Position numbers and translations under genes: made by a program. The notes below the pieces were generated by a model that worked only from the letters and a program-made list of their open reading frames with translations, was not told the origin of the DNA and did no database searches. 64,000 nucleotides of DNA from a bacterium (GTDB lineage Bacteria > Electryoneota > Electryoneia > Electryoneales > Electryoneaceae): assembly GCA_963675295.2 (NCBI GenBank), contig CAXXKJ010000002.1:2016001-2080000 (forward strand). The letters run 5' to 3'. This document shows positions 1 through 12,017 of this stretch, in pieces; the stretch's first letter is position 1; each line of letters begins with the position of its first letter.

Positions 1-9
1 GGGGAAGGG

Positions 10-483
10 GTGACGGACGATGTCATCGCCGCGATGAACGATGTTGTCGCGCCGATGGTGGACGACTCCACTTTCCAGGTGTGGTGGCGTAGCCGCCGGA
101 TACCTCTGCCGGAAAAACTCACCACGTTGGACAAGGCGTTCAAGGACTTGAACATCGTTGTGCGGCAGTTCCTCAAACTTCTTCTTGAGAAGAAGCGCGA
201 GGAGATTCTGCCGGACGCGGTGAACGAGTTCCGGATCATCGCCGACCGCGAACAGGGCATTATTCGTGCCGTCCTGACCACCCCCGTAGAGCTTGAGGAA
301 GCAGAGCTGAAACCATTCCGCGAGATGTTGAAGAAGGTCGCGGGTGGTGATGCGATCCTCATTCACGAGGTGGACGCGGGTCTGATCGGCGGGTTCCGGC
401 TTCGCTACGGCGACAAGGTGATCGACGGCAGTGTTTCGCGAGCGTTGGACACGCTGCAGCGCAAGATGACGGCTGGCGTTTAA
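10..483 (+). CDS. atpH: F1Fo ATP synthase subunit delta (probably 5'-truncated by the window edge)
   Basis: C-terminal VDAGLIGGFRLRYGDKVIDGSV motif; lies directly upstream of atpA. Confidence 0.92.
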   Translation: MTDDVIAAMNDVVAPMVDDSTFQVWWRSRRIPLPEKLTTLDKAFKDLNIVVRQFLKLLLEKKREEILPDAVNEFRIIADREQGIIRAVLTTPVELEEAELKPFREMLKKVAGGDAILIHEVDAGLIGGFRLRYGDKVIDGSVSRALDTLQRKMTAGV

Positions 484-593
484 CCGTTTTCAGGTGCGAC
501 AAAAAGGAGTCACGGTAGGGTTACCGTGGCGTCGGTGACGGGGAGAATTCCGTCGCCAGGGGTATGACACCAGTTGGCTCGTTGGAGGAGTCG

Positions 594-2105
594 ATGCAGA
601 TACGACCGGAAGAGATCACGTCTGTTCTTCGGCAACAGATCGAAGAATTCAAGGCGGAAGTGCAGACGGATGAGGTCGGCACGGTCATCATGGTCGGTGA
701 CGGTATCGCGCGTGTGCACGGTCTGGATAAAGTGCAGGCGTCCGAACTCGTCGAGTTCCCGGGACCGGTGTACGGCATGGCGATGAACCTTGAAGAGGAC
801 AATGTCGGTTGCGTGTTGTTCGGCGCCGACAACAACATCAAGGAAGGTGACATTGCCAAACGTACCGGGCGCCTCGTGGACGTTCCCGTCGGCGAAGGGC
901 TGATCGGCCGTGTGATCAACCCGCTTGGGTTCCCGTTGGACGGCAAGGGTCCGGTGAAAACGGATCAGCGCCTGCCGGTAGAGCGCAAGGGTACGGGCGT
1001 GATCACCCGCCAGCCGGTGAGTGAGCCGTTGCAGACGGGTATCAAGTCGATTGACGCGATGATCCCGATTGGCCGCGGCCAGCGTGAGTTGATCATTGGC
1101 GACCGTCAGACCGGCAAAACCACCCTCGCGGTTGATACGATCATCAACCAGAAGGGTAAGGACGTTATCTGCATCTACGTCGCGGTCGGTCAGAAGGGTT
1201 CGACGATTGCAAACGTGGTCAAGACGCTGGAAAACAACGGCGCGATGGATCATACGATCGTGATCAGCTCGACAGCGTCCGAACCAGCCCCGATCCAGTT
1301 CCTCGCGCCGGCAGCCGGTGCGGCGATTGGTGAATATTTCCGCGACAAGGGCATGCACGCGTTGTGCGTGTACGACGACTTGTCCAAGCACGCTGTTGCG
1401 TACCGCCAGCTGTCGCTGCTGCTGCGCCGTCCCCCGGGCCGTGAAGCGTATCCGGGCGACGTGTTCTACCTGCACAGCCGTCTGCTGGAACGTGCGGCGA
1501 AGCTGCGCGACGACCTCGGCGGTGGTTCGTTGACCGCGTTACCGATCATTGAGACGCAGGCCGGCGACGTTTCGGCGTACATCCCGACGAACGTCATTTC
1601 GATTACCGACGGGCAGATCTTCCTCGAGACGGAATTGTTCTACGCGGGTCAGCGCCCGGCGTTGAACGTGGGTATTTCCGTATCCCGTGTGGGTGGTAAC
1701 GCTCAGACAAAGGCGATGAAGAAGGTCGCCGGTAAGATCAAGCTCGAGTTGGCGCAGTACCGCGACCTCGCCGCGTTCGCGATGTTCGCGTCCGATCTCG
1801 ACAAGGCAACGCAGGCGCAGTTGGCGCGTGGTGAACGCCTGATGGAGATCATGAAGCAGCCGCAGTACAGCCCGGTGCCGTTGGCGGAACAGGTGACGGT
1901 GTTCTGGGCGGCGACGAACGGTTACGTCGACAAGATTCCGACGGACCAGGTTCGCCGGTATGAGGCCGAACTGCGGAAGTTTGTCGCGAACAGCCACGCA
2001 GAGCTGCTGAGCGACATTGAAACCAAGAAATTCGACGACGATCTCCAGGCCCGGATTCGCAAGGCCGTTGAAGAGTTCCAGTCGATCTTTCAGGTAACTG
2101 CCTGA
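594..2105 (+). CDS. atpA: ATP synthase subunit alpha
   Basis: GDGIARVHG, Walker [30 protein letters not shown]; RBS GGAGGAG at 584-590 favours ATG 594. Confidence 0.99.
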   Translation: MQIRPEEITSVLRQQIEEFKAEVQTDEVGTVIMVGDGIARVHGLDKVQASELVEFPGPVYGMAMNLEEDNVGCVLFGADNNIKEGDIAKRTGRLVDVPVGEGLIGRVINPLGFPLDGKGPVKTDQRLPVERKGTGVITRQPVSEPLQTGIKSIDAMIPIGRGQRELIIGDRQTGKTTLAVDTIINQKGKDVICIYVAVGQKGSTIANVVKTLENNGAMDHTIVISSTASEPAPIQFLAPAAGAAIGEYFRDKGMHALCVYDDLSKHAVAYRQLSLLLRRPPGREAYPGDVFYLHSRLLERAAKLRDDLGGGSLTALPIIETQAGDVSAYIPTNVISITDGQIFLETELFYAGQRPALNVGISVSRVGGNAQTKAMKKVAGKIKLELAQYRDLAAFAMFASDLDKATQAQLARGERLMEIMKQPQYSPVPLAEQVTVFWAATNGYVDKIPTDQVRRYEAELRKFVANSHAELLSDIETKKFDDDLQARIRKAVEEFQSIFQVTA

Positions 2106-2250
2106 TACTGATTCTCGGCGGAGGGGATGCTCGGGGCGCGCGTGCCAGGGAGGGTTCAGCGCGCCCCGGACATGCCGTTTCCCGCCCCCTGTAGCCCGGT
2201 GACTTCGGTACCGGGGCACACGTGAAGAAGCCGTTTCGGAAGGATTCTCG

Positions 2251-3129
2251 ATGCCTTCGCTGAAACAAATTAAGCGCCGAATTTCATCGGTCAACAACAC
2301 GAAGCAGATTACGCGGGCGATGAAGATGGTGTCCGCGGCGAAACTGCGCCGTGCTCAAGACCAGATGATGGCGGCGCGTCCGTATTCGGACCATCTGCGC
2401 GCCCTGATCCGTGATCTGGCTGCGCGCTCGGACCGCAACAAGCACCCGTTGCTGGCGGAACGTGAACCGAAGCATGTCGGTGTGGTGGTGATCACCTCCG
2501 ATCGTGGCCTGGCGGGCAGTTTCAACATGAACGTCAATCGCCGCGCGTTGAACGTGATCAAGGAGATGGAAAAGCAGGCGGAAGATGTCCGTCTGATCGC
2601 GATTGGGCGAAACTCGTACAATTTTTTCCGTAAGCTCGGATACGATTTCATCCAGCACCACATCGGATTGAGCCGTGATTTCACCTTCGGCAAGGTCCTG
2701 TCGATTGGTGATGCGATTCGCTCGGAGTATGAAAAGGGCTTCGTCGTGGACGAAGGCCTGGACCGTGTTTACCTCGTGTACAACGAGTTCAAGAACGTGA
2801 TTCAGCAAGAGATCGTGGTGGAGCAGTTGTTCCCGATCATCCCTGAATTGGCGTCCGAAGAGAAGTATCCGGTCGACTATGTGTACGACCCGAGTGAACA
2901 GGATGTGCTCGACAGCATTTTGCCACGGTATGCGAACGTGATGTTGTGGCGTGTGCTGCTCGAATCGTTCGCGGCGGAACACGCGGCGCGTATGAATGCG
3001 ATGGAGAACGCGACGAAGAACGCTGGCGAACTGATTGAACGATTGACGCTTCAGTACAACAAGGCCCGTCAGGCGGCGATTACCAACGAGATTCTTGAAG
3101 TGGTCGCCGGCGCGGAAGGGTTGGAATGA
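2251..3129 (+). CDS. atpG: ATP synthase subunit gamma
   Basis: TKQITRAMKMVSAAK, ITSDRGLAG, YNKARQAAITNEILE. Confidence 0.99.
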   Translation: MPSLKQIKRRISSVNNTKQITRAMKMVSAAKLRRAQDQMMAARPYSDHLRALIRDLAARSDRNKHPLLAEREPKHVGVVVITSDRGLAGSFNMNVNRRALNVIKEMEKQAEDVRLIAIGRNSYNFFRKLGYDFIQHHIGLSRDFTFGKVLSIGDAIRSEYEKGFVVDEGLDRVYLVYNEFKNVIQQEIVVEQLFPIIPELASEEKYPVDYVYDPSEQDVLDSILPRYANVMLWRVLLESFAAEHAARMNAMENATKNAGELIERLTLQYNKARQAAITNEILEVVAGAEGLE

Positions 3130-3132
3130 TAG

Positions 3133-4632
<1,500 letters not shown>

Positions 4633-4640
4633 TTACAGAC

Positions 4641-4711
4641 GTGCCCGTGTTTGCTTGCAAACACGGACGTGAGAGGGTGAACGAAGTGGCCGTGTTTGCT
4701 TGCAAACGCGG
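4641..4711 (+). repeat. two tandem 26-nt REP-like palindromes GTG(C/G)-CCGTGTTT-GCTTGC-AAAC(A/G)CGG
   Basis: copies at 4641-4666 and 4686-4711, between atpD and atpC. Confidence 0.85.
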
Positions 4712-4735
4712 ATACGCTGAGGCTGGATAGCTACA

Positions 4736-5137
4736 ATGGCAGAAACACTTCAGCTTGAGATCATTTCCCCGTCCGGAGTGGTGTACACCGGCGACGTGAC
4801 CCACGTTCAGGCTCCGGGCCAGACGGGTTACTTCGGCGTGTTGCCGAACCATACTCCGATGATTTCGGCGTTGACCATCGGCCGGATCACGGCGGAAACG
4901 GCGAACGGCGAGGCATTGTTCGCGACCTCCGGAGGCGTTGCGGAAGTCCACGGCGACAAGGTTGTGATCCTCGCGGAAACCGCCGAGGAGAAGTCGAAGA
5001 TTGACCTCTCCCGGGCGCAGGAAGCGCAGAAACGTGCGGAAACGCGTCTCGACAAGCAGGAAGAGGGTACCGACTTCGATCGCGCTCGGCTGGCGTTGAT
5101 GCGTGCGATCAACCGGATGAGCGTCGTCAACGGCTAA
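4736..5137 (+). CDS. atpC: ATP synthase subunit epsilon
   Basis: PGQTGYFGVLPNHTPMIS; C-terminal ARLALMRAINR helix; operon position. Confidence 0.97.
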   Translation: MAETLQLEIISPSGVVYTGDVTHVQAPGQTGYFGVLPNHTPMISALTIGRITAETANGEALFATSGGVAEVHGDKVVILAETAEEKSKIDLSRAQEAQKRAETRLDKQEEGTDFDRARLALMRAINRMSVVNG

Positions 5138-5161
5138 AGCCTGATCGAGTGAGCAACTTTC

Positions 5162-5195
5162 AGCCCCGCGAGCACATCGCGGGGCTTTCGTTTTG
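5162..5195 (+). terminator. intrinsic terminator ending the atp operon
   Basis: AGCCCCGCGA-GCACA-TCGCGGGGCT followed by TTCGTTTT. Confidence 0.8.
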
Positions 5196-5210
5196 AGTAG
5201 ATTCAACGCC

Positions 5211-6224
5211 ATGCGCTGGCTTGATAAACTCATCGGACGCTACATCGCGGCGAAACTGCTCCGTGCCCCGAACGGGGGACGGGTTGACGCGCGCGACCTG
5301 TTGCCGTGCCCACCGCTATTTGACGAGGCTTTCCACTATTCCGGCCATGACGGCGACACTCTCGCGGCGTGGGTGATGCAGCCGCGTGCGTGGCGGGTTA
5401 CCGTCGAGGCGGACCGGGTTTCCGGCGAGCGATTCGAGCATATCATAGACCAGTACCAGGCACCGCGGCAGGTGAACGGCGACGCGCCGTGGGTGGTGAT
5501 CGAACCGTCGGACGATCCGGTTAAACCTCGGGACCGCACGATCCTCCTCATCCATGGCTGGTGGGATTCGGTACTCGGCCGGCCGTACCTGCGATCCGTG
5601 GCTGCACAGTTTGCGGCGGCTGGGTATCGTGTCGTGATGCCGGATCTGCGTGGGCACGGCCTGTCGCAGGGCCGTTTCCTCAGCTACGGACTGCTCGACC
5701 GCTACGACATCAAGCGCCTGATCGACGAATTGGCCGAACGGGGCTGGGTCGGCGATGGCATCGGGGTCTTCGGGCACTCGTACGGCGGCAATGTCGCGTT
5801 GATGACAGCGGCGGAGGACGAACGTGTCCGGGCGGTGGTGTCGGCGTCCGCGCCACACAGTCTGCGCGGCGTGCTGCCGGCGTCGGTTGACCGGGTCAAG
5901 CCGCAGATCGCACGCTGGGTGTCGATGGCGGCGCTGGATCGTGCGCTGGATCGCGCCAACCGCAAGACCGGCCTGAATTACTACGATTCCAGTGCGGAAG
6001 AGGCGATCACGAACACGTCTGCGCCGGTGCTGCTGATCCACGGCGAACGCGACACGACGGTCCCCTTCGAGAGTGCCCGGCGGATCCAGCGGTCCCGTCC
6101 AGAAGGTACCGAAACCGTGTTCTGGCCGGACGAAGCGCACGCGTCGTACTTCACGTCACGGATGGATGAACTCCGAAGCCGAAGCCTGTCTTTCTTCGAA
6201 CAGTTCCAGAACCAAACTAAGTAG
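5211..6224 (+). CDS. alpha/beta-fold hydrolase
   Basis: LLIHGW oxyanion motif, PDLRGHG, nucleophile GHSYGG, IHGERD and a C-terminal His; start uncertain (5193 or 5211). Confidence 0.88.
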   Translation: MRWLDKLIGRYIAAKLLRAPNGGRVDARDLLPCPPLFDEAFHYSGHDGDTLAAWVMQPRAWRVTVEADRVSGERFEHIIDQYQAPRQVNGDAPWVVIEPSDDPVKPRDRTILLIHGWWDSVLGRPYLRSVAAQFAAAGYRVVMPDLRGHGLSQGRFLSYGLLDRYDIKRLIDELAERGWVGDGIGVFGHSYGGNVALMTAAEDERVRAVVSASAPHSLRGVLPASVDRVKPQIARWVSMAALDRALDRANRKTGLNYYDSSAEEAITNTSAPVLLIHGERDTTVPFESARRIQRSRPEGTETVFWPDEAHASYFTSRMDELRSRSLSFFEQFQNQTK

Positions 6225-6239
6225 ATCCATACCTTCATT

Positions 6240-6317
6240 ATGCCCCAGACATTTATGTCTGGGCTGATTAAGGGATTCCAGTTTCGGATGATCCCAGATA
6301 TAAATTTCTGGGGGCAT
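6240..6317. repeat. inverted pair of palindromic units (REP-doublet-like element)
   Basis: ATGCCCCAGACATTTATGTCTGGG at 6240-6263 and a degenerate reverse complement CCCAGATATAAATTTCTGGGGGCAT at 6293-6317. Confidence 0.65.
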
Positions 6318-6384
6318 GAGCGACGGCATACTGCAAAGCTGTATCGTCGCCAGCAATCAGGTAGTTCGGGAGATCTTCCATAGA

Positions 6385-6415
6385 AAACGCCGCCTTCCAA
6401 TGGAAAGCGGCGTTT
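6385..6415. terminator. hairpin between convergent genes, probable bidirectional terminator
   Basis: AAACGCCGC-CTTCCAATGGAAA-GCGGCGTTT. Confidence 0.6.
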
Positions 6416-6432
6416 GATGTTTTCAGGGTGTT

Positions 6433-6467
6433 GCTCACAGCTCAGAGCTCATCGCTCACAGCTCGAG
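6433..6467. repeat. heptamer tandem array GCTCNNN x5
   Basis: gctcaca gctcaga gctcatc gctcaca gctcgag. Confidence 0.75.
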
Positions 6468-6468
6468 G

Positions 6469-7254
6469 TCACGCCTCGATCCCCAGCGCTTTCGGCAGGT
6501 CTGCGATGGAGGGGATGACTTCGTCCGGCTTGATCGTGGTGCGCTTGACGAAATCGAAGTCGTACTTGCCGGTTTTAACGAGCACGGTCTTAAGGCCGAG
6601 CCGTTGCGCGCCGTGGACATCGGCCTCGATGTCGTCGCCGACCATCAACGCGTACTCGGGCTTCACCTGGACACGGTCGAGCAGGCCGCGGAAGTAGCCC
6701 GGGGAGGGCTTGCCGACGATTTCCGCCCGGCGGCCGGTTGCATATTCAATTGCCGCGACATACGGTCCGAGGTCCAGCCGCAGTCCGCCCTGGTCACGCC
6801 AGAAGCGGTTCTTCTGCAACGCGATCAGGTTCGCGCCGGAGAAGGTGAGGCGGAAAATCTCGTCGAGGATTTCCGGAGTGAACTTGTCACCGAGGTCCCC
6901 CATAACGACCGACCCGACATCCCGCCGTTGTACGCGCAGCCCCTCGAAGTCTTCCATCACGCCGTCGTTGACGAACAGTGCGGCGGACGAACGTTTCATC
7001 TGCATGATCTTCTCACGGGCGATGATCGCCGGGCAGATAATGTCGTCGTCGGTCAGATGGAAGCCGAGTTTCTGCAATTGTTCCTGCAGTTTGCGGCGCG
7101 GCTTGCGTGTGGTGTTGGTGACATAGGTGACACCGACGCCGAGTGACTTCAGCTTGTTGACCGTTGCCGTCCCACCGGGGATCGGCAGGTCGCCGAGCAT
7201 CAGGACACCGTCGATGTCAAGAAAAACGTGTTGAATTCCGCGAATTGTGGCCAT
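6469..7254 (-). CDS. HAD superfamily subfamily IIA hydrolase (LHPP/NagD-like)
   Basis: FLDIDGVL motif I, VTNTT motif II, GKPSP, MVGDDIEADV, VKTGKY. Confidence 0.92.
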   Translation of the reverse strand: MATIRGIQHVFLDIDGVLMLGDLPIPGGTATVNKLKSLGVGVTYVTNTTRKPRRKLQEQLQKLGFHLTDDDIICPAIIAREKIMQMKRSSAALFVNDGVMEDFEGLRVQRRDVGSVVMGDLGDKFTPEILDEIFRLTFSGANLIALQKNRFWRDQGGLRLDLGPYVAAIEYATGRRAEIVGKPSPGYFRGLLDRVQVKPEYALMVGDDIEADVHGAQRLGLKTVLVKTGKYDFDFVKRTTIKPDEVIPSIADLPKALGIEA

Positions 7255-7411
7255 GGAGTGAACGTCGAGTTAGGTGTGAGCGATCTGGTTTTGGAGCATC
7301 AATAAATATAGACGCCGAACAAATTTTCACCAGCGCCGTGATTGCGCTCCCGGAGACGAAAACCGGAGGACGGAAGATACGCCAATCCAGCCGAATACGC
7401 AACTGTCCGGG

Positions 7412-7440
7412 TTGCCTGTTGAGCGGCGCGGGTCTATCTT
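7412..7440 (+). promoter_or_regulatory. putative sigma70-type promoter of polA
   Basis: TTGCCT-N17-TATCTT; the same architecture recurs upstream of other genes in the window. Confidence 0.45.
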
Positions 7441-7518
7441 CCAGATTGTCTCAGAGACTCCGGGCCGCCCGGAGCATCGCTTCTCACCCATCCATTCCGA
7501 CCACAACGGGACTCGTTC

Positions 7519-10257
7519 ATGGCTGCAAAACGCCTGTTTCTCATTGACGCAATGGCCCAGATCTACCGCGCGCACTTTGCGTTTGCGCGAAATCCGCTGT
7601 TCACCTCGAAAGGCGAGAATGTCTCCGCCGTGTTTGGTTTCACGAACACGTTAATGGCGTTGATCGCCCGTGAGAAGCCGGATCTGCTGGCGGTGGTGTA
7701 TGATACCGCGAAGCCGACGTTCCGGCATCATGTCTACGAGCAGTACAAGGCGACGCGTGAAAAGATGCCGGAGGAGCTGGCGGCGCAGCTTCCACGGATG
7801 GACGAGATCATCGAGGCGTTGAAGATCCCGAAGCTGATCCTGCCGGGGTATGAGGCGGACGATCTGGTCGGCACGATCAGTGTGCGCGCGGCGGAGCAGG
7901 GGATGGACGTGTACCTCGTCACCGGCGACAAGGATTACTACCAGCTGGTCAATGACCGGGTGACGTTCTACGACACGAAGAAGGGGCTGGACAACGCGAC
8001 GCTGATCGACTCGAAGGGCGTGGAAGAGGTGTTCGGCGTGCCGCCGGAGCAGGTAATCGACGTGCTCGCGCTGGCCGGCGACAAGTCGGACAACGTGCCC
8101 GGGGTGCAGGGCGTCGGGATGAAAACCGCGATCAAGCTGGTCAAACAGTACGGCAGCGCCGCGGAAGTGTTGAACCATGCCGACGAGATCAAGGGCAAGC
8201 TGGGCGAAAATATCCGTGAACAACGGGAGAATGTGCTGCTTTCGAAGGATCTGGTGACGATCCGGCTCGAAGCACCGTACGAGTGCGACCCGAACGAGCT
8301 GACGTATGGCCCGTGGGAAGGATCGAAGCTGCACGACCTGTTCGCCGAGCTCGAGTTCCGCACGTTGTTCCGTTACCTCGACGACACCCCGCAAACCGCC
8401 GGTGCGGAAAAAGTGAAGGTGACCTATTCGTCGGTCACGACCGAGGCCGAACTCAAGAAGCTGGTTGATAAGCTGGAAAAGGCGGGCCGGTTCGCGGTGG
8501 ACACGGAGACGACCTCCGCCGACCCGATGCTGGCGGAGCTGGTTGGGATCAGCGTCAGCTTCAAGGCGGGGGAAGCGTTCTACATCCCGATCAATCATTT
8601 CCAGTTTGACGGCGAAGCGCCGCCGTGGGAACACGGCCGGTCGCGTGAGGAGATGAAGGAGGCGGCGGACAAGATTCTCGAGGTGCTGCGTCCGGTGTTG
8701 AGCGGTGGCCCGAAAAAGATCGCCCAGCACGCGAAGTACGACTTCCTCATTTTCCGGCGGTATGGGGTCGAGTGCAAACCGTTGTCATTTGACCCGATGA
8801 TCGGCGACTACCTGCTGAATCCCCACCAGCGCAGTCATGGGCTGGACGCCTTGGCGATGAACTACCTGCAGTTGAAGAAGATCGAGACGAAAGAGTTGAT
8901 CGGCAGCGGCAAGTCGTCAATCACGATGGACCAGGTTCCGTTGAAGCAGATCACGCAGTACGCGTGCGAGGATGCGGACGTCACCTTCCGGCTGGCGGAT
9001 ATCATCGAGCAGAAGGTGCGCGACGAGGATCTCGAGGATCTGCTTACCGAAATTGAGCTGCCACTCAGCGACGTGCTGATGAAGATGGAGCAGCGGGGGA
9101 TTCGTCTTGATGTCGACTTCCTAAAGGCCATGAGCGGTGAGCTGAAGCAGCGTCTCAGCGAGCTGGAGAAGGAATGCCACGAGATGGCCGGGGTGGAGTT
9201 TAACCTCGCCAGCCCGAAGCAGCTGCAGCATGTACTGTTCGAGAAGATGAACCTGCCGACCTCGGTTTCGCGGAAGACGAAAACCGGGTATTCAACCGAC
9301 CAGTCCGTATTGGAGAAGCTGGCGCCGCTCGACCCGTTACCGAAAAAGATCCTCGAGCACCGTGAGCTGAGCAAACTGCTGGGGACATACGTGGACGCGC
9401 TGCCGGAGCTGGTAAATCCGGAAACCGGGCGTGTGCACACCAGCTACCAGCAGACCGTCGCCGCCACAGGACGGCTGGCGTCTTCCGATCCGAACCTGCA
9501 GAACATCCCAATTCGCACCGAACGTGGGGCGGAAATCCGCAAGGCGTTCATCCCGGCAGAGGGGATGACGTTGCTCAGCGCTGACTACAGCCAGATCGAG
9601 TTGCGGATGATGGCGCATCTCAGCGGCGACAAGGCGTTGATCGAGGCTTTCCAGGCAGGCGAAGATATCCACAACGCGACTGCGGCGAAGATCTTCGGCG
9701 TCAAGCCGGAAGACGTCACCCGTGAACACCGCAGCGGCGTCAAGCAGGTCAATTACGGCGTCCTGTTTGGCATGCGCGAGTATGGGTTGTCGCAGCGGAT
9801 GGGGATCTCCGTTCAGGAGGCGAAGGAGTTCATCGATGGGTATTTTGGAGCGTTCCCGGGCGTGAAACGCTACATCGACTATCTGCTCGAGGACGCGACG
9901 AAGACGGGGATGGTGAAGACGATTCTCGGACGGCGGCGTCCGTTGCCCGAACTGCAATCCTCGAACCGGAATACGGTGCAGATGGGCGAACGGATGGCGA
10001 TTGCGTCCGCGGTGCAGGGCTCGGCTGCGGATCTGATCAAGCTGGCGATGCTGAAGCTGGACGCCGATCTCGAGAAGGAAAAGATGCCGTACTCGATGCT
10101 GCTGCAGGTTCATGACGAACTGGTGTTCGAGGTGCCGGAAGGCGAGGAAGAAGCGGCGGCGGCGTGGGTTAAGCAGCGGATGGAATCGGCGATGGAGGTG
10201 AAGGTTCCGATTGTCGCCGACGCTGGCTGGGGCAAGAACTGGCTTGAGGCGCACTGA
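7519..10257 (+). CDS. polA: DNA polymerase I
   Basis: 5'-3' exonuclease (GYEADD, GDKSDNVPGV), 3'-5' exonuclease DTETT, polymerase motifs ADYSQIELR and LQVHDELVFE. Confidence 0.99.
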   Translation: MAAKRLFLIDAMAQIYRAHFAFARNPLFTSKGENVSAVFGFTNTLMALIAREKPDLLAVVYDTAKPTFRHHVYEQYKATREKMPEELAAQLPRMDEIIEALKIPKLILPGYEADDLVGTISVRAAEQGMDVYLVTGDKDYYQLVNDRVTFYDTKKGLDNATLIDSKGVEEVFGVPPEQVIDVLALAGDKSDNVPGVQGVGMKTAIKLVKQYGSAAEVLNHADEIKGKLGENIREQRENVLLSKDLVTIRLEAPYECDPNELTYGPWEGSKLHDLFAELEFRTLFRYLDDTPQTAGAEKVKVTYSSVTTEAELKKLVDKLEKAGRFAVDTETTSADPMLAELVGISVSFKAGEAFYIPINHFQFDGEAPPWEHGRSREEMKEAADKILEVLRPVLSGGPKKIAQHAKYDFLIFRRYGVECKPLSFDPMIGDYLLNPHQRSHGLDALAMNYLQLKKIETKELIGSGKSSITMDQVPLKQITQYACEDADVTFRLADIIEQKVRDEDLEDLLTEIELPLSDVLMKMEQRGIRLDVDFLKAMSGELKQRLSELEKECHEMAGVEFNLASPKQLQHVLFEKMNLPTSVSRKTKTGYSTDQSVLEKLAPLDPLPKKILEHRELSKLLGTYVDALPELVNPETGRVHTSYQQTVAATGRLASSDPNLQNIPIRTERGAEIRKAFIPAEGMTLLSADYSQIELRMMAHLSGDKALIEAFQAGEDIHNATAAKIFGVKPEDVTREHRSGVKQVNYGVLFGMREYGLSQRMGISVQEAKEFIDGYFGAFPGVKRYIDYLLEDATKTGMVKTILGRRRPLPELQSSNRNTVQMGERMAIASAVQGSAADLIKLAMLKLDADLEKEKMPYSMLLQVHDELVFEVPEGEEEAAAAWVKQRMESAMEVKVPIVADAGWGKNWLEAH

Positions 10258-10260
10258 TCG

Positions 10261-10288
10261 CGGTACTCGGTAGCCGGTAATCGGTGGA
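10261..10288. repeat. heptamer tandem array CGGTNNN x4
   Basis: cggtact cggtagc cggtaat cggtgga, immediately after the polA stop. Confidence 0.7.
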
Positions 10289-10333
10289 TATTGCTTAGTG
10301 GTCTTTTCGCTGTTGTCAGTGCTCAGTGGTCAG

Positions 10334-10441
10334 TCCACCGTGGAACGGTGGAGCGTGGTTAGCGTGTGGCTTCAGCCACACGACAGAGGTACGCACACAT
10401 CCCCACTGTTTATTGTGGGGGAGAGCGTCCTGCAGGGACGC
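10334..10441. repeat. cluster of short palindromes (REP/MITE-like element)
   Basis: TCCACCGT-GGA-ACGGTGGA, CGTGTGGCT-TC-AGCCACACG, CCCCAC...GTGGGG, GCGTCC-TGCAG-GGACGC. Confidence 0.55.
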
Positions 10442-10521
10442 AGCATTGGAACTGCCCGGCATGGCTGGAAGGTGCAACTCCTGGCAGCCGGTCAACCATA
10501 AACTCATTCTGGATAGATCCC

Positions 10522-11934
10522 ATGAGGGAAAACCAAACGATACGCCCACTTGCTGCGACACTGCTCGCGGGCCTGCTGCTGCTCATTGCGGCGCCTGCGT
10601 TCGCCGGCCAATCGTGGTGGGTGGAATTCAGCGACAAGGGTGTCTGGTCAACGCTTGATCAGCCCGATCTGGAAGCGGCCGCGTTCGAACATGGCCTGAC
10701 GCAACGCGCCATCGACCGCCGCAAGGTGGAGGGGTTGTCTGGCGACGATCTGATCACGCTGGACGATCTTCCGCCCGACCCGGATTATGTCGCGATAGTT
10801 ACTGAGCTCGGCGCGGCTGTGCGCCAGCAGTCCCGCTGGTTCAACCGTGTCAGTGTTGATGCGGACGCCGGCACCATCGCCCTGATCGAACAGCTGCCGT
10901 TCGTGGAACGGGTGACGCCGGTCGGGAAGATGTTGCCCGCGCGGTCGTCGTATGAGGTGGTTGAAACGTTCGATGGCAATCCCGCACCCGGTCCCGGAAT
11001 CGACACACCGGGCAGTTATGGACGCAGCTACCTGCAGGCGTTACAGGTGAACGCCGTCGAAGCGCACCGCCAGGGGATTACCGGCAAGGGTGTGCTGATG
11101 GTAATCATCGATGGTGGCTATGAGCTGTCGCATGAGTGTTTCGAAAACCTGGACGTCATCGCCGAATGGGATGTCACCAACAACGACAATTACACCGGCC
11201 AGTCGCCGGAGGATCCGGAAGGCCAGTCTCATCATGGTACCGGCTGCCTGTCGGAAATCTCAGGCTACAGCCCGGGGAACCTGATCGGAATCGCGTACGA
11301 GGCCAGCTGGTTGCTGGTCAAGAGCGAGTATGTCGCCGATGAAACGGTCCAGGAAGAGGACGACTGGGTCGCCGGGTTGGAGTGGGCGGAACGGTTGGGC
11401 GCACAGGTTGGTTCCTCGTCGCTGGGCTACACCGACTGGTACAACACCGCCGACTATGATGGCCAGTATCCGATCACCAGCCGTGCGATCACTCGTGCCG
11501 CACAAAAGGGCCTGTTGATGGTCACCTCGGCGAGCAACGAGGGCCCGCAACCGATGACCCTCGGTGCCCCGGCGGACAATTACGGCGGCCTGTCCATTGG
11601 CGCAATAGACAGCCTTGGCACCATCGGCCGTTTCTCAAGCCGCGGTCCGACGGCGGATGGCCGAATCAAACCGGACCTGGTCACGCGTGGGGTGCGAACG
11701 CTGCTCGCCAGCCCGGAAACGCATCACAAGTACTCGTATTGGAACGGTACGAGCATGGCGTGCCCGATTGCGGCGGGTGTGGCTGCGCTTGTTCGTCAGG
11801 CGCACCCGGAATGGGATGTCGAGACCGTGATCCGGGCGTTGAAGGAGACCGCCGACCGTGCCGACCATCCGGACAACACGTATGGCTGGGGCATTCCGGA
11901 TGTGATGAAGGCCATCGCGTGGACGGGTGAGTAG
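10522..11934 (+). CDS. secreted S8 (subtilisin-like) serine peptidase with propeptide
   Basis: signal peptide ending APAFA; catalytic D (IIDGG), H (HHGTGC), S (NGTSMACP); FSSRGPTADGRIKPD. Confidence 0.93.
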   Translation: MRENQTIRPLAATLLAGLLLLIAAPAFAGQSWWVEFSDKGVWSTLDQPDLEAAAFEHGLTQRAIDRRKVEGLSGDDLITLDDLPPDPDYVAIVTELGAAVRQQSRWFNRVSVDADAGTIALIEQLPFVERVTPVGKMLPARSSYEVVETFDGNPAPGPGIDTPGSYGRSYLQALQVNAVEAHRQGITGKGVLMVIIDGGYELSHECFENLDVIAEWDVTNNDNYTGQSPEDPEGQSHHGTGCLSEISGYSPGNLIGIAYEASWLLVKSEYVADETVQEEDDWVAGLEWAERLGAQVGSSSLGYTDWYNTADYDGQYPITSRAITRAAQKGLLMVTSASNEGPQPMTLGAPADNYGGLSIGAIDSLGTIGRFSSRGPTADGRIKPDLVTRGVRTLLASPETHHKYSYWNGTSMACPIAAGVAALVRQAHPEWDVETVIRALKETADRADHPDNTYGWGIPDVMKAIAWTGE

Positions 11935-12017
11935 CGATACGTTTTGTATGGATTGAACTGACAAGCGCGTCACGGGAGGGTCGGCGCGCTTTTGTACACG
12001 GACGCGAGAGGAAAAAC

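Noticed and set aside
4641-4711. Mini CRISPR array
   Set aside because: Only two units with a 19-nt gap, no cas genes, and related units elsewhere vary in stem sequence.
10462-10498. tRNA-like 3' end (GGTGCAACTCC...ACCA)
   Set aside because: The T-stem has only three good pairs and no cloverleaf can be built.
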